DNA of 64,000 nt from Candidatus Bathyarchaeia archaeon (GTDB lineage: Archaea; Thermoproteota; Bathyarchaeia; Bathyarchaeales; Bathycorpusculaceae), in assembly GCA_049515895.1 (NCBI GenBank), contig JBEKTQ010000002.1, positions 1-64,000 of the forward strand, given 5' to 3'. The notes beneath the pieces were generated by a model. The model ran no database searches. It had not been told where the DNA came from and saw only the letters and a program-made list of their open reading frames with translations. Positions 30,410-40,837 of this stretch are shown here, piece by piece. How positions within the stretch are numbered: position 1 is the first letter of the stretch; the number at the start of each line of letters is the position of its first letter. Made by a program: the position numbers and the translations under genes.

Positions 30410-31591
30410 GTGCCGACGCTCATGAAGTTGAAAGGCTCGCCCCTCGATCTGAACATTTATGAAGCCTCTGAAACGCTGACAAATAAGCATTTTAAACAAT
30501 TCAGAAGCCCCGAATTTGAAAGATTTTATCTTCCCCATAGTATGAGGCCTTTTACGGATCTCAATCCTTTAGGCACGAAAGAGTTTATCGCGGACGATAA
30601 CAGAGGAGCAGTTTCACCATTACCCATTTTGGAAATGGATGGCAAAGACTTTTACCTTTCAGTTAAAGGCATAGGTTCCACAACAAACCCATTTTCAACA
30701 CAACTTCTCGGGAAAGCCGAAATGTGCAGCCTATTGAAGGATTCCATGCTGAAAAACAAAATCGTGAATTCCGAAGGAATCGCTCCACGATATATTACAG
30801 GGGAATTATGGTTAAGAGGCTCTCCATATGGAGGGCAAGGCCTCGAGCACGCAACCACTTCTATGAGAGTGTCAGAAATGGCTGACCTTACGACCATTCA
30901 TGGATTTCGAGTTGCGCCTGTTGTGAAAATTGTTTTCCTTCCGAAAGACCTTGAGAATGAAATCAAAAAAATATATTGGTATCGCAGATTCAGGGGCAGA
31001 ATGGTTCAGGAATTAAGGTTGGTTCCTTCTAATGTGCGGATTTATTTTCACTCTGGGAGCACTGTCGGCGGAAATATACGCTCAGTTTTTGACCTATTTG
31101 AAATAGACAGCATTGATAAATCTGTAGATTTTCTAAAGAATTTCGTTAAAAGCGGCCTTGCATACCTAACTCTGTTTTCCAGGACGCTAAAAAGCAACGA
31201 AGACGGAACTTTCTGCGGATTGGATTTCTACGATGTCTGGCTAGACAAGGATGCAGTCCTCGCTCAGGACGGCACTATCTACTTTGTAGATCTTGAAGGC
31301 TTGGAATGGATTACTGTTGAGGAAAAGAAAATCTCGGAAAAGATAGACGACCAGATATACAGATCCTTATACGAATTCATGTATGCATATGAACAGATAG
31401 AACGGGAACGATTCGCAAGGTTCGGAGGGCTGGCGGACAGGAAAGTGCAGTTCGAATATCTCCTCAAAGAGGCCCTAAAAGATGACGAAATTATTGACCT
31501 CGCAAGCGAGGGACAAAGCCTTAAACTGGTCGTGGGTAACATCCTTGGGGAGCAACGTTTAACTAAGAAATTCCCAATCATGGATCGGTAA
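30410..31591 (+). CDS. hypothetical protein, probable SelO-like kinase-fold enzyme
   Basis: DDNRGA, LSVKGIGST, LRLVPSNVRI, DKDAV..DG..FVDLE in the same order as SelO motifs; ORF certain, family tentative. Confidence 0.55.
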   Translation: MPTLMKLKGSPLDLNIYEASETLTNKHFKQFRSPEFERFYLPHSMRPFTDLNPLGTKEFIADDNRGAVSPLPILEMDGKDFYLSVKGIGSTTNPFSTQLLGKAEMCSLLKDSMLKNKIVNSEGIAPRYITGELWLRGSPYGGQGLEHATTSMRVSEMADLTTIHGFRVAPVVKIVFLPKDLENEIKKIYWYRRFRGRMVQELRLVPSNVRIYFHSGSTVGGNIRSVFDLFEIDSIDKSVDFLKNFVKSGLAYLTLFSRTLKSNEDGTFCGLDFYDVWLDKDAVLAQDGTIYFVDLEGLEWITVEEKKISEKIDDQIYRSLYEFMYAYEQIERERFARFGGLADRKVQFEYLLKEALKDDEIIDLASEGQSLKLVVGNILGEQRLTKKFPIMDR

Positions 31592-31596
31592 TAAAA

Positions 31597-33153
31597 ATGC
31601 ACTGCAACGACGCAAGAACATTTTTTTCCCAGATAGCCGAAAAATCAATTTCAATACAAATCCAACAAACCGATATGGATTATCTCAGAAATGGCGGCTA
31701 CCTCTCAGTGATGCAAAAAGAGGATTACGATCGGGCTTCAGCCGAAGTTTCAAACTTGACGCAAATGAACATTGACTTGGTGAATGCAGAGAACGCAGAC
31801 AGAAGCGCAAAAGCGACTCTGCAAGAAGAGGACAAGAAAACTCATTCAATCAAGTTCTATTTCGAAGGAAAGGAAACCAAAGAAGCTGAACGCGAAAAAG
31901 AGGAAAGCGAAAAGAGCGTTGTCTCAAAAATGGACGCTGACATCGCCGAAAGAGACACAAAGATAAATGAGCTTATTCAGAAGAAATCCATCATTGACCG
32001 GATGGTGCCATATGGCGGCCAATATCTGTCACTTACTGGTCTGGGAGTAATTACGCTTAACGATCTCAACGTCAGGAACTACAGGGTGGCTGACAGCGAA
32101 TTTTCGGACTTCGTTGAAGAAACCCGAGCGACATATAGCGAATTGCGGTCGATAGCAGACAGAGGTAGCTTTCACGTTTCTAACCTAAGAATTAAGTTTC
32201 CAGAAATGGATCTCTCGCAACTCTGGAGCGTGTCAATTGGTTTGGCCAAACTTCAAGGCGACCCCAACCAAATCGGTCAAAGATTTCTTTTTGCCCTTGA
32301 TCTTATCAAGCATTTCGATAGCACCCTTCAAAATAAGATGATGGCAGCGGAAATCATGGCCTCCTCCAGGGCAGATCCCGCTCAATCGCCAAATAATTCT
32401 GATCTCCAGAACCTGTCAGAACTTTTGGTTAAACTTGACCGCCAACTTAGGCATGACGCCCATGTTCCTAAACCACTTTCAGTAGGCGTTGCCGCCACTG
32501 TCTTGTTTGGTCGGCGATTTGACGGCACTTTTTCAACTGACAGATTTGTGGAATTTTCCAAAATGACCTCTTCGTTTGAGTCAGCCGCGATACTTTCCAT
32601 AACAAATGAGCCTTCAGACCAACTAGCCGGTAAATTCCAATCATTCAGATCACTATTTAATTCCTGGGGATTTCAGGTATCAGAGGATACCGAACTTGCT
32701 TCTGCATATTTGTCGATTTCTGATTTGGCACCAGATGAGGTCAAGTTGAAAATGTCAATAATTGAAAATGGACTTAGGAATTATCTGGAGTATCCACTTG
32801 TAGCTTCGGCAGTGCTTGCTTCAATACCGACCCTTGAAGCTAATGAAACTCTTGACCTGATGGAAAAGGCATATTCTTTGCTCGGGTCATACGCTGCAGA
32901 TCTAGAACGTTCTGAAATGATAAGCCTTGCAGTAAGGATGATTCATGGAATCAAAAATGAACTTGTAAAGCAGCTTGATCCAACCGCGACTATTGTGAAA
33001 ACTCCAGTGCAGTTTACCTATGTCCCAACAAACATTTTCTTCCTATACTATGCACCGCTAATCATTGCACATTCATCATACTATTCGACATTCAGCGGCA
33101 TTGGAGGCTTCCATCCGGCCCATGTACATGGTGTAGGGGGCTTCATGGGTTGA
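31597..33153 (+). CDS. hypothetical protein: coiled coil, helical repeats (DUF4003-like), Gly/His tail
   Basis: 518 aa; charged heptad segment near aa 45-130, Ala/Leu helices, ends GIGGFHPAHVHGVGGFMG. Confidence 0.55.
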   Translation: MHCNDARTFFSQIAEKSISIQIQQTDMDYLRNGGYLSVMQKEDYDRASAEVSNLTQMNIDLVNAENADRSAKATLQEEDKKTHSIKFYFEGKETKEAEREKEESEKSVVSKMDADIAERDTKINELIQKKSIIDRMVPYGGQYLSLTGLGVITLNDLNVRNYRVADSEFSDFVEETRATYSELRSIADRGSFHVSNLRIKFPEMDLSQLWSVSIGLAKLQGDPNQIGQRFLFALDLIKHFDSTLQNKMMAAEIMASSRADPAQSPNNSDLQNLSELLVKLDRQLRHDAHVPKPLSVGVAATVLFGRRFDGTFSTDRFVEFSKMTSSFESAAILSITNEPSDQLAGKFQSFRSLFNSWGFQVSEDTELASAYLSISDLAPDEVKLKMSIIENGLRNYLEYPLVASAVLASIPTLEANETLDLMEKAYSLLGSYAADLERSEMISLAVRMIHGIKNELVKQLDPTATIVKTPVQFTYVPTNIFFLYYAPLIIAHSSYYSTFSGIGGFHPAHVHGVGGFMG

Positions 33154-34178
33154 ACTCAAAATCCCTTGTGATCACAGTCTTACTTTTCCTGGCTCTCTTT
33201 GCGGCTCCCGTTGCAGCAACTTACAGTCCCCATGTTGGAGATCATTTCAGCTACTACGAGGTTCAAGACCTTGGAAGCGGCACAGGTGATTACGCTGGAT
33301 ACAGCGAACACACAATCACTAACGGAGTGGAAACAGTAAACGGCGTCAATGCAGATGGAACCGTAGCCGCAAGCTATAGTTACTCATGGACTTGGAACAA
33401 CAGCACAGGCGCAACAGAAAATGGAAACTCATCTGGAGATTTCACCTTTTCACCCGTCACTTTCCTTTACATCAACGGAACTGACAACCAGACTGGGTAT
33501 GTTAACCCAACTGTCTGGTTCTGCATGGATAACTCGATCCCGAATGGTGGTACCTTTTCCCTTCTAAACACCGAGATGACGGTCATTTCCAGAAATTATA
33601 GCTATTATCTTCAATCCCAGAACAGAAATGTAAACACGATTTTTGCTCAAGGAACCTCAAGCTACCAAAGAAACGATGTATACGGACAATTCAGCGCCGA
33701 CTACACATGGAAAGCTTACTTTGACCCGTCTACAGGATACATCATAGGATACAGCTATAATGAACAGGATACCAGCCCATCGGGAACCGGGTTCACCTAC
33801 ACCGAAAACCTATATGTGAATTCAACTAGCTATCCGTTAACAGCCGCAACTGGTAGCAATCCAGGCGGGGCAAATTCAACCCCAACACAATACATCAGTT
33901 ACATCATTGTAATAATCGTAGTCCTTGTGGTAATTGCAATTCTAATTTACGCGCTTTCAAGACGAAGAGCACTTCCCAAACATTCTTACCAGCAATCGTA
34001 CCAACAACAATCTCCTCCGCCAGGTCCGCCCCCAGAAAAAATTGATTTGACTCCAAAACAACCGCCGGTACAGCAGATCGTTGTTAAAGAAGTTGTGAAG
34101 GTAAAATGCCAATACTGTGGAGCACTAATCGACTCCACAGCTCAGACCTGCCCTATATGCGGAGCCCCCAGAACATAG
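33150..34178 (+). CDS. single-pass membrane protein with extracellular beta domain and cytoplasmic Pro/Gln linker + zinc ribbon
   Basis: Signal peptide, Tyr/Thr/Asn-rich domain, TM + RRR, QQQSPPPGPPP, CQYCG..CPICG; 4-nt overlap with previous gene. Confidence 0.75.
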   Translation: MNSKSLVITVLLFLALFAAPVAATYSPHVGDHFSYYEVQDLGSGTGDYAGYSEHTITNGVETVNGVNADGTVAASYSYSWTWNNSTGATENGNSSGDFTFSPVTFLYINGTDNQTGYVNPTVWFCMDNSIPNGGTFSLLNTEMTVISRNYSYYLQSQNRNVNTIFAQGTSSYQRNDVYGQFSADYTWKAYFDPSTGYIIGYSYNEQDTSPSGTGFTYTENLYVNSTSYPLTAATGSNPGGANSTPTQYISYIIVIIVVLVVIAILIYALSRRRALPKHSYQQSYQQQSPPPGPPPEKIDLTPKQPPVQQIVVKEVVKVKCQYCGALIDSTAQTCPICGAPRT

Positions 34179-34187
34179 ATGGGTACA

Positions 34188-34958
34188 CTAAATTTTAATT
34201 TCCTTCTTTCTATCCCAATCCTTCCTTAGATACTGAAAAACCTGTCCAGACAGCTGCATATGCGCTTTCATGACGTTTCCTGAAGAAGCAAGATTGTAAC
34301 GGGAAATCTCGCAGAATGCCAAGCGGGCACGTTTTGACTTAAGCCATAGAAGCCGCGCATTCAAAATATCTTTCCCCATCCCTGTTCTCCTAAATTGAGG
34401 TTTCACATAAAGAGAATGCAGTCTTCCAACACCATTCACAAGTGAAACCCAGCCTAACCCTGCAATTTCGCTGTTTAGCTCAACAATGAAGCATCTATCC
34501 CCGTTCTTAAGCGCAATACTTACCCACCTCTTGTTTATCCCCGGATGCGTCAAAGCCATGAATCTTTCAATCTCGTTTAGGTGCCCCTTTTCGGCCACTG
34601 AAATTTCGTGGCTGAACCTGTGAGCAAGGGCAAGATTTTCCAGTTCTACGGTGTAAATATCGTAGATTTCACTTTCATGCTCGGTTTTCATCTCAGAGAA
34701 GAGCCAATTGAACGGTTTCAATTCGTAAAAGTAGTCAAATATCTCCCTTGATCTTGTAAAAATTGTTCCGCTCTTCTCCGAGCCGTCATAAATGAATAAG
34801 CCTGAGGTGTCCTCGTCGGAAGTTCTGGTTACGTAAGCTTCACCGCCTATATCCAGAATTTCTCTGGTGTAATATTGCAGATAAGGCTCAAAAAACGAGA
34901 AGCCAACTGGAAAAACCAAGTTAACATCAGATGCACTCAATAGTTGGGAAACTTCCAT
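34188..34958 (-). CDS. GNAT-family N-acetyltransferase
   Basis: LHSLYVKPQFRRTGMG acetyl-CoA motif A, N.AS. Confidence 0.82.
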   Translation of the reverse strand: MEVSQLLSASDVNLVFPVGFSFFEPYLQYYTREILDIGGEAYVTRTSDEDTSGLFIYDGSEKSGTIFTRSREIFDYFYELKPFNWLFSEMKTEHESEIYDIYTVELENLALAHRFSHEISVAEKGHLNEIERFMALTHPGINKRWVSIALKNGDRCFIVELNSEIAGLGWVSLVNGVGRLHSLYVKPQFRRTGMGKDILNARLLWLKSKRARLAFCEISRYNLASSGNVMKAHMQLSGQVFQYLRKDWDRKKEIKI

Positions 34959-35170
34959 TGCTCCCGATCAGCCCGTTGCTACAAATATAAATTTCAGACT
35001 GATAAACTTGAGTTCTCACTTATTCAAACGTTGCCTAATGGAAAACAGGGCACTCAACGAATTGAAAAGTGAAGCCGTTTCAAGCATCTGGGTTGAGAAT
35101 CCGGTGTTCGTCAATGATCCGCTGAATGAGTTAAATCAAGAAAGTTTGAGTAAACTCTAGTCTCAAAACG

Positions 35171-35637
35171 TTATTTTGGCTTCCTCACCAAAAGCAGAGA
35201 GATACCCATTGCTAACATATGATGCCGATAACTGTCACAAATACGTAAGGCTCGTACCAAGGGAAAGCAGGTTCATAAAACTGGCGAAAAAAGTTGCCTC
35301 CAGAAAGCGCTACCACAACAGCTCCACCGGCCATTGACCCCCCTGCTATGCGAGTGATGAGACTGTCATTTCTTTTATATGCAAAGCGTGTCCTTTGGCT
35401 AAACTGGCTCAGTAAACCTAGCGCTATCCACCAGGGGCCAAAAACAAATCCGGAAGGACAAAGCGACAGCAGCTCAATAATGTCTGCCAGCTTGAGCTGC
35501 ATTCCTATGGTTGGTACGCCGTTGTTTGCTAGAAAACTGCTGATGCTCACGTATGACGCGTTCAGCGCATAAGCTCCGATTAGGCTGGCTATGAGAACGG
35601 TGGCGCCTGCGCCAATGATGATGCCGTTGGTCAACAC
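35171..35637 (-). pseudogene. multi-TM membrane protein, apparently frameshifted near its 3' end
   Basis: ORF stops mid-helix (VTVIGIIC*) while another frame continues MLAMGISLLLVRKPK* to 35171. Confidence 0.5.
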
Positions 35638-36073
35638 CGTTGTTGGTTTTGGAGCTAAATCGGTGCTGTCCGTGGGGTCCTGACTCCCGCTCTCAATCTA
35701 TCGAAACTCCTGACTTATATGTTTAAAGAAACAAGTGGCAACGAGCCACCCGCACCGTCAATCAAGAAATTGATCTGAAAAGCACAGGAACACCCCAAAA
35801 CAAAGCAGACAAGGAAGTCAGGGAATCATCAAAGGGGAATTACAAAAACACAAGCATTTTCAGCAATTAACCCTGAATTTCAGTTCAATCGCAATCCAAT
35901 TTCATGGAAGAATAGTTCATAACTTCACGACACTACAAGCCTTCTCCATTAAGCTTTAGGAATTCTAAGCCTTCGCCGAGGGTATTCAAGGTTTAAAATA
36001 GGAACATTTTGAACAGTTTGGTTCAATTTGGCCCCGTCAAAACAAACAAATTTACACAAGGCAAAAGAATCCG

Positions 36074-38455
36074 TTATTTGCGGCCAAGCAAAAGCCGTAT
36101 CCTGCTAGCTAGCTGGTATAGTAGGCTGCTTATAGCGACGGCGAAAGCTGGAAACACCGGCATTATATACCAGTAGATCTTTGTCTGCGCAAACGAGAAC
36201 ACAAACAACACGATTGCCATCCACAGGAAAATCAGCGTATCCTGTTTCCTACTTTTAGTGAAGGCTCCGAATGCGCAAAGTCCAGCGGCGAAAGGCAGAA
36301 GAGCTAGCCAGAGCCAGTTTTCGTGGTAAGCCAAGTAGTTTAGGTAAAAGAGGTAGCCTGCAGCGTGACCCTCAATGGTGCTGGCTGACCGCGTAACGTC
36401 AGCGTAGATGAAGTACCAGTGCCAAAATTGATTTCCAAATCGGGCAGCCATGTAGATCAGCCAGGGCGAAAACAGCAGGAGCCCAACGCTCCAGAAAAGA
36501 GTAAAAGTCTTCGTGAAAATAAAACGCAAGCTCTTTCTTGTTGCAATCAAGTACACAAAGATGATGAGTGGAATCAACAGTGCAGCAATCTGCTTTGTCA
36601 TTAAAGCCAACCCAAAAAAAATGCCGCTTAAGATCGCGCCTCGAAATGAATTTTGTCTATCTTCGGTTAGAACAAAAAAGTATATGCTTGCCAAAGCGAA
36701 GCAGGTTAACGGGACATCGGTCATGGCGTATCTCGCGAAAACGTCGTAGGTTATGAAGGTGCCTAAAACAAGTGCCGACATGAATCCAACAGGGCGGTTG
36801 TAGAGTTTTTTTCCCAAGTAGAAGACAAGGACAAGAGAAAGGGCGCCGAATCCAGCCGTCCAAATCCTTGAGGCAAAATTCGTAACTCCGAAGACCTGGT
36901 AGCTAATAGACATAAGCCACATCAACAGTGGCGGCTTCCCTATCACGAAGGAAATGGCTCCGTCAGCCCAAGGGGTTAGGTAATCTCCCGTTTTAACCAT
37001 GTGATAAGCCCATTGAGAATATGTTTGCTCGTCGGCAATCTGAAGAACCCCGCTTCCCAAGTTAACGAAGAATATTGCTGAAAACGCCAGAATTGCCAAA
37101 ATGAAAATGGCGTCAGCGTGCAACTGGATCCAAGACGGGTTTTGCCCTTTAATGCCGATTGATACATTTTTTCGGTTCCGCCGTCGAGTAACGTACGCGT
37201 AACGAGTTACTGCAAAAATGGCAACTGCGCCTGTGGCAGATGCAATAGAGTCAAACACTACTGTTGTCCGAGGAAGGGGATTGGCGGGTTGCGAAAGATG
37301 CGGTTGACCTGTAGAGTTTGTTAAAGCCAAAGCGTAAACTCCGGAGTCATCTGAACCGATGTACAAAATGTCGTTTGCAATAGCAGGTGATGATTCAATT
37401 ATGTTTCCTGTCTGGTAACTCCACTCCTTGGCTCCGGTTGCTGCGTTAAAGCAGTAAATGTTGTTGTCTTGAGAGCCCACATACACGTTGCCGCCTGCCA
37501 CTGCCGGAGAAGACGTAACCCAGTACCCAGTTGGACTCTGCCAAATCCTGCTGCCCGTTGAAGCGTTGAGGCAATAAACATAATTGTCTTCGGAGCCAAC
37601 GTATACGCAGCCATAAGCGACAGCTGGAGAAGATTCCACCTCATCGGCTGTTTGGTACCTCCAAATTTGTTCGCTTGTGGAAGCGTTCAGGGCGTAAATG
37701 TAGCCATCGTAAGAGCCGACGTACACATAACCGTTGTAGGCGGAGGGAGAAGAAGAGTCAGACGTTCGAAGGGGATGACTCCAAATCTTGATGCCCGTGG
37801 ACGCGTTAAAAGCATAAACGTAGCCTTTGCCGCTGGTAATATATACTGTACCGCTTGAAACTGCTGGCGAGGAATTCATCGGGTCAAGGTTTTGCAAATT
37901 CCAAATCGTGTCGCCGTTTGTAGCGTTCAAGGCGCAGAGATTATTTTGGGAACCCACGTAAACAATGCCGTTTACAACTGCAGGGGAGGACCGCACTGGA
38001 CTGCCGATGAGAGTTCGCCAAAGAGGTACTCCAGTCATTATGTTTAGGCAGTATAGGTATCCGTCGTCAGCACCGATGTAGACACTGTAGTTATAGATAG
38101 CTGGAGACGACCACACTTCATTCCTGATTGGAAACTTCCAAATTACTCTTCCGTCGGAAGCGTTGAAGGCGTAAACTTGGCTGTTCCTTGAGCCGACAAA
38201 AACGCAACCGTATGCAAAAGCGGGGGAAGACTGTACCATTCTTCCGGTTGAATAATTCCAAAGCAGTTTAGTGGAATCCGATAAGGAGATATTCGCCGCG
38301 TAGCCACTGTGGCTTGAATCCTGTCGGAACATTGTCCAGGCGCCATTGCTGGAACCTGCGCTCGCTGAGCTGCCGAAAACCATCGACATGCTGGTGACTT
38401 GAATTAGGACAAAAGACAACATCAGCGCGATTAGTAGCCAGATGTGTTTTTGCAT
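36074..38455 (-). CDS. fusion of PQQ-like (BamB-type) beta-propeller and GT39/ArnT-PMT glycosyltransferase
   Basis: W.MFR.D..HSG, about 8 SSPA..G.VYVGS repeats, TM, then DE..Y, KPPL..WL, F.SR, R.AMTD, LMTK; start MQKHIW at 38455. Confidence 0.88.
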   Translation of the reverse strand: MQKHIWLLIALMLSFVLIQVTSMSMVFGSSASAGSSNGAWTMFRQDSSHSGYAANISLSDSTKLLWNYSTGRMVQSSPAFAYGCVFVGSRNSQVYAFNASDGRVIWKFPIRNEVWSSPAIYNYSVYIGADDGYLYCLNIMTGVPLWRTLIGSPVRSSPAVVNGIVYVGSQNNLCALNATNGDTIWNLQNLDPMNSSPAVSSGTVYITSGKGYVYAFNASTGIKIWSHPLRTSDSSSPSAYNGYVYVGSYDGYIYALNASTSEQIWRYQTADEVESSPAVAYGCVYVGSEDNYVYCLNASTGSRIWQSPTGYWVTSSPAVAGGNVYVGSQDNNIYCFNAATGAKEWSYQTGNIIESSPAIANDILYIGSDDSGVYALALTNSTGQPHLSQPANPLPRTTVVFDSIASATGAVAIFAVTRYAYVTRRRNRKNVSIGIKGQNPSWIQLHADAIFILAILAFSAIFFVNLGSGVLQIADEQTYSQWAYHMVKTGDYLTPWADGAISFVIGKPPLLMWLMSISYQVFGVTNFASRIWTAGFGALSLVLVFYLGKKLYNRPVGFMSALVLGTFITYDVFARYAMTDVPLTCFALASIYFFVLTEDRQNSFRGAILSGIFFGLALMTKQIAALLIPLIIFVYLIATRKSLRFIFTKTFTLFWSVGLLLFSPWLIYMAARFGNQFWHWYFIYADVTRSASTIEGHAAGYLFYLNYLAYHENWLWLALLPFAAGLCAFGAFTKSRKQDTLIFLWMAIVLFVFSFAQTKIYWYIMPVFPAFAVAISSLLYQLASRIRLLLGRK

Positions 38456-38753
38456 TGCTATCGTTAAAAGACACCGCCCCAAGTACATATTAAAGTAATT
38501 GAATTTCAACCGTAATGGTTTCAGGTTCCTGTTTTTTCAATCTTTAAGTTTTGCGCGGATTGTTGAGACAACAAGTATTGATAAGTCACCGCAGAGAAGT
38601 ATTAGCTCTCTCGAAAGTGCACCTGCGTGGTTAGCTGCCAAACTGCGGTAAGAACCTTACCAAGCCTGAAAAATTGAGAACGACTTCTATAGTATTGCGC
38701 TTTACTCATGCGATAACTGCGGCTCCAGGTTTAAAGTAGCCTACTAAGCTATT

Positions 38754-38888
38754 TTAGCGAACATCTTTTGGCCTGTAGATAATCACTTTTCCATTCAGCT
38801 GATTAAACGCTAAACCGCCTTTCTTGGCGATGGCGCGAATTTGTTTTTCAGTTTCCTCATCAGGAACTGCCTTGATGAATTTGGTAAT
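38754..38888 (-). pseudogene. orphan protein-like 3' fragment without a start codon
   Basis: ITKFIKAVPDEETEKQIRAIAKKGGLAFNQLNGKVIIYRPKDVR* preceded by an in-frame TAG in a 600-nt gap. Confidence 0.25.
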
Positions 38889-39114
38889 CTATCGAAAGGG
38901 GATCGTCTTGTTTCGATTTATATAATGAAACAGAATCGGGTGCCATGTTGGTACAAACCGCTGTGATTTCTTTTAGGCAAGTGACTACTTCATCTCGATT
39001 CACTCTGCGTTACCAAGAGTATTTAGTCTCGAGTATCAACATAATTTTGGCGTTGTCACCGACCTGTTCTACAAGTGTACAGAATGGGAAAAAAAGCCTC
39101 AAAACCATGAAATT

Positions 39115-40596
39115 TTAGGCGAAGAGATTTCTGATGTATTTCAGAATAAGCTGTGGCTGCTCAAAGGCCGTTTTCAATGCCCTTCGAGGATTTCTTATTT
39201 GATTTCTCAAAGATAATTTCTTGTATTCCTCAAGCGCCTTAGCGGCAATTTCCTTTACTTCTTCAGGAGCGAAATCCGGGGTGGAAATCAGCGGCATCCC
39301 TTTGGGTTGGCGAGCCGAGGCAAAAGCGTCCCAGCCCAAGTTTTCCTGAATGTACCCTTTAGACTTGCATTCTTCGTACAGTCTTGTGCCGTAGGATGGG
39401 GTAGCCATGAAAAGGTGCATGCCCACGTCATAATCTCGTTTGAGCTTTAGGGCGAAATCAACCGTTTTCTGCATGTTCTCTTTCTTTTCCCCCGGAAATC
39501 CGATGATGTAGAAGGCACCTGTTTTCAAGTCGATGTCCCTGCAGATTTTCGCGACTTCAACTACACGGTTCAGGTCTAAGCTTTTGCAAATTACGTTATC
39601 CAGTATCTGCTGGTCGCCTGACTCTACCCCGAAAAAGACACTGTTGCAACCTGATTTCTTCATTTTCTTCAACAGATTCATGTTTAAGCAGTCTGCTCTT
39701 ACCCCGTTTGGGGTTTCCCAACCAATCTTAATTTTCTTCGCAATTAATCCATCACAGATAGCTTCAAACCTTGCTAAGTCAAGGGTTAAGTTGTCGTCTT
39801 CAAAGAAAATGTTCTTGACATCAAATTTCTCGACGACGTACTCAATGTGCTGCAAAACGTAGTTTGCAGAGTTCGCTCTAAACACCTTGCCCATATGCAA
39901 GTGAACGGAACAGAAACAACAGTTAAACGGGCAGCCCCTGCTGGTAATCATCGATATGGCTCTATTCCTGAAACTGCGGTAACCAATTTTTTTGGGACTC
40001 AGGTACCGCTCCATATCCACCAATTCGTAGGCTGGGTAAGGAAGATCATCCAAATTCTCGATAAAATCTCTAGGAGAGTTCACTTTGACTTTTCCGTCTT
40101 GGCGGAAGGCAATTCCTAAAATTTCATTTAAAGGTTTTTTTCCTTCAAGAAAACCGGCTATTTCAGGCATTATGTATTCGCCTTCGCCAGCTACAGCAAT
40201 ATCAACGCTATTTGCCTCTTCAAGAAACCTTTTTGGCACAGTGGTGACGTGTGGTCCTCCTACAACCGTTAAAATGTCCGGGTTAACCTGTTTTGCTAAA
40301 TCGCTCACTCTAACCGAGTTTTCTATTTGACAAGTGAATGGCCCAGCAATACCCAGAATATCTGGTTTTCGACTGTCTATTTCCATTTTTATCTGGTCAA
40401 ATGGCAAACCTACGTTCAAAGTTTCGCCGTTCTTCTGTATTGAGCCGTCAGTCATGAAAGCATCCAATATTTCAGTTTGGTAACCTGACTTGATGAGCGT
40501 CGCAGCGATATACATTAAGCCGAGAGGTAGGTTGCCTGCTGGCGGTTCCGAACCCCGGTAAAACGTCTGCGGCGGATTGATCAGAAGTATTTTCAT
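39115..40596 (-). CDS. cobalamin-binding radical SAM enzyme (class B type)
   Basis: MKILLINPP, PLGLMYIAA, VGGPH, GEGE, TSRGCPFNCCFC, FEDDN, GVESG, IIGFPGE. Confidence 0.92.
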   Translation of the reverse strand: MKILLINPPQTFYRGSEPPAGNLPLGLMYIAATLIKSGYQTEILDAFMTDGSIQKNGETLNVGLPFDQIKMEIDSRKPDILGIAGPFTCQIENSVRVSDLAKQVNPDILTVVGGPHVTTVPKRFLEEANSVDIAVAGEGEYIMPEIAGFLEGKKPLNEILGIAFRQDGKVKVNSPRDFIENLDDLPYPAYELVDMERYLSPKKIGYRSFRNRAISMITSRGCPFNCCFCSVHLHMGKVFRANSANYVLQHIEYVVEKFDVKNIFFEDDNLTLDLARFEAICDGLIAKKIKIGWETPNGVRADCLNMNLLKKMKKSGCNSVFFGVESGDQQILDNVICKSLDLNRVVEVAKICRDIDLKTGAFYIIGFPGEKKENMQKTVDFALKLKRDYDVGMHLFMATPSYGTRLYEECKSKGYIQENLGWDAFASARQPKGMPLISTPDFAPEEVKEIAAKALEEYKKLSLRNQIRNPRRALKTAFEQPQLILKYIRNLFA

Positions 40597-40837
40597 TAAG
40601 GGCCACCCAACGATTATAAAATTGACCGCTTTGGGATATTTAAATTGACTTCTTAGTTTAAATTGTCATAAAGCGTTTCTGAAGTTAATCTGTTTTCCTA
40701 TTTGTTTCTCAATTCATTATAAAAAATGCAAAGGCTTAGTTGGCTGTTATTGTAATACCACAACCACATAGGTTTATGAGCTGTTCTTCTGCTTTGGATA
40801 TTGTCAACTTTCGGTCAGTTCGGTGGAGGTGACGTTT

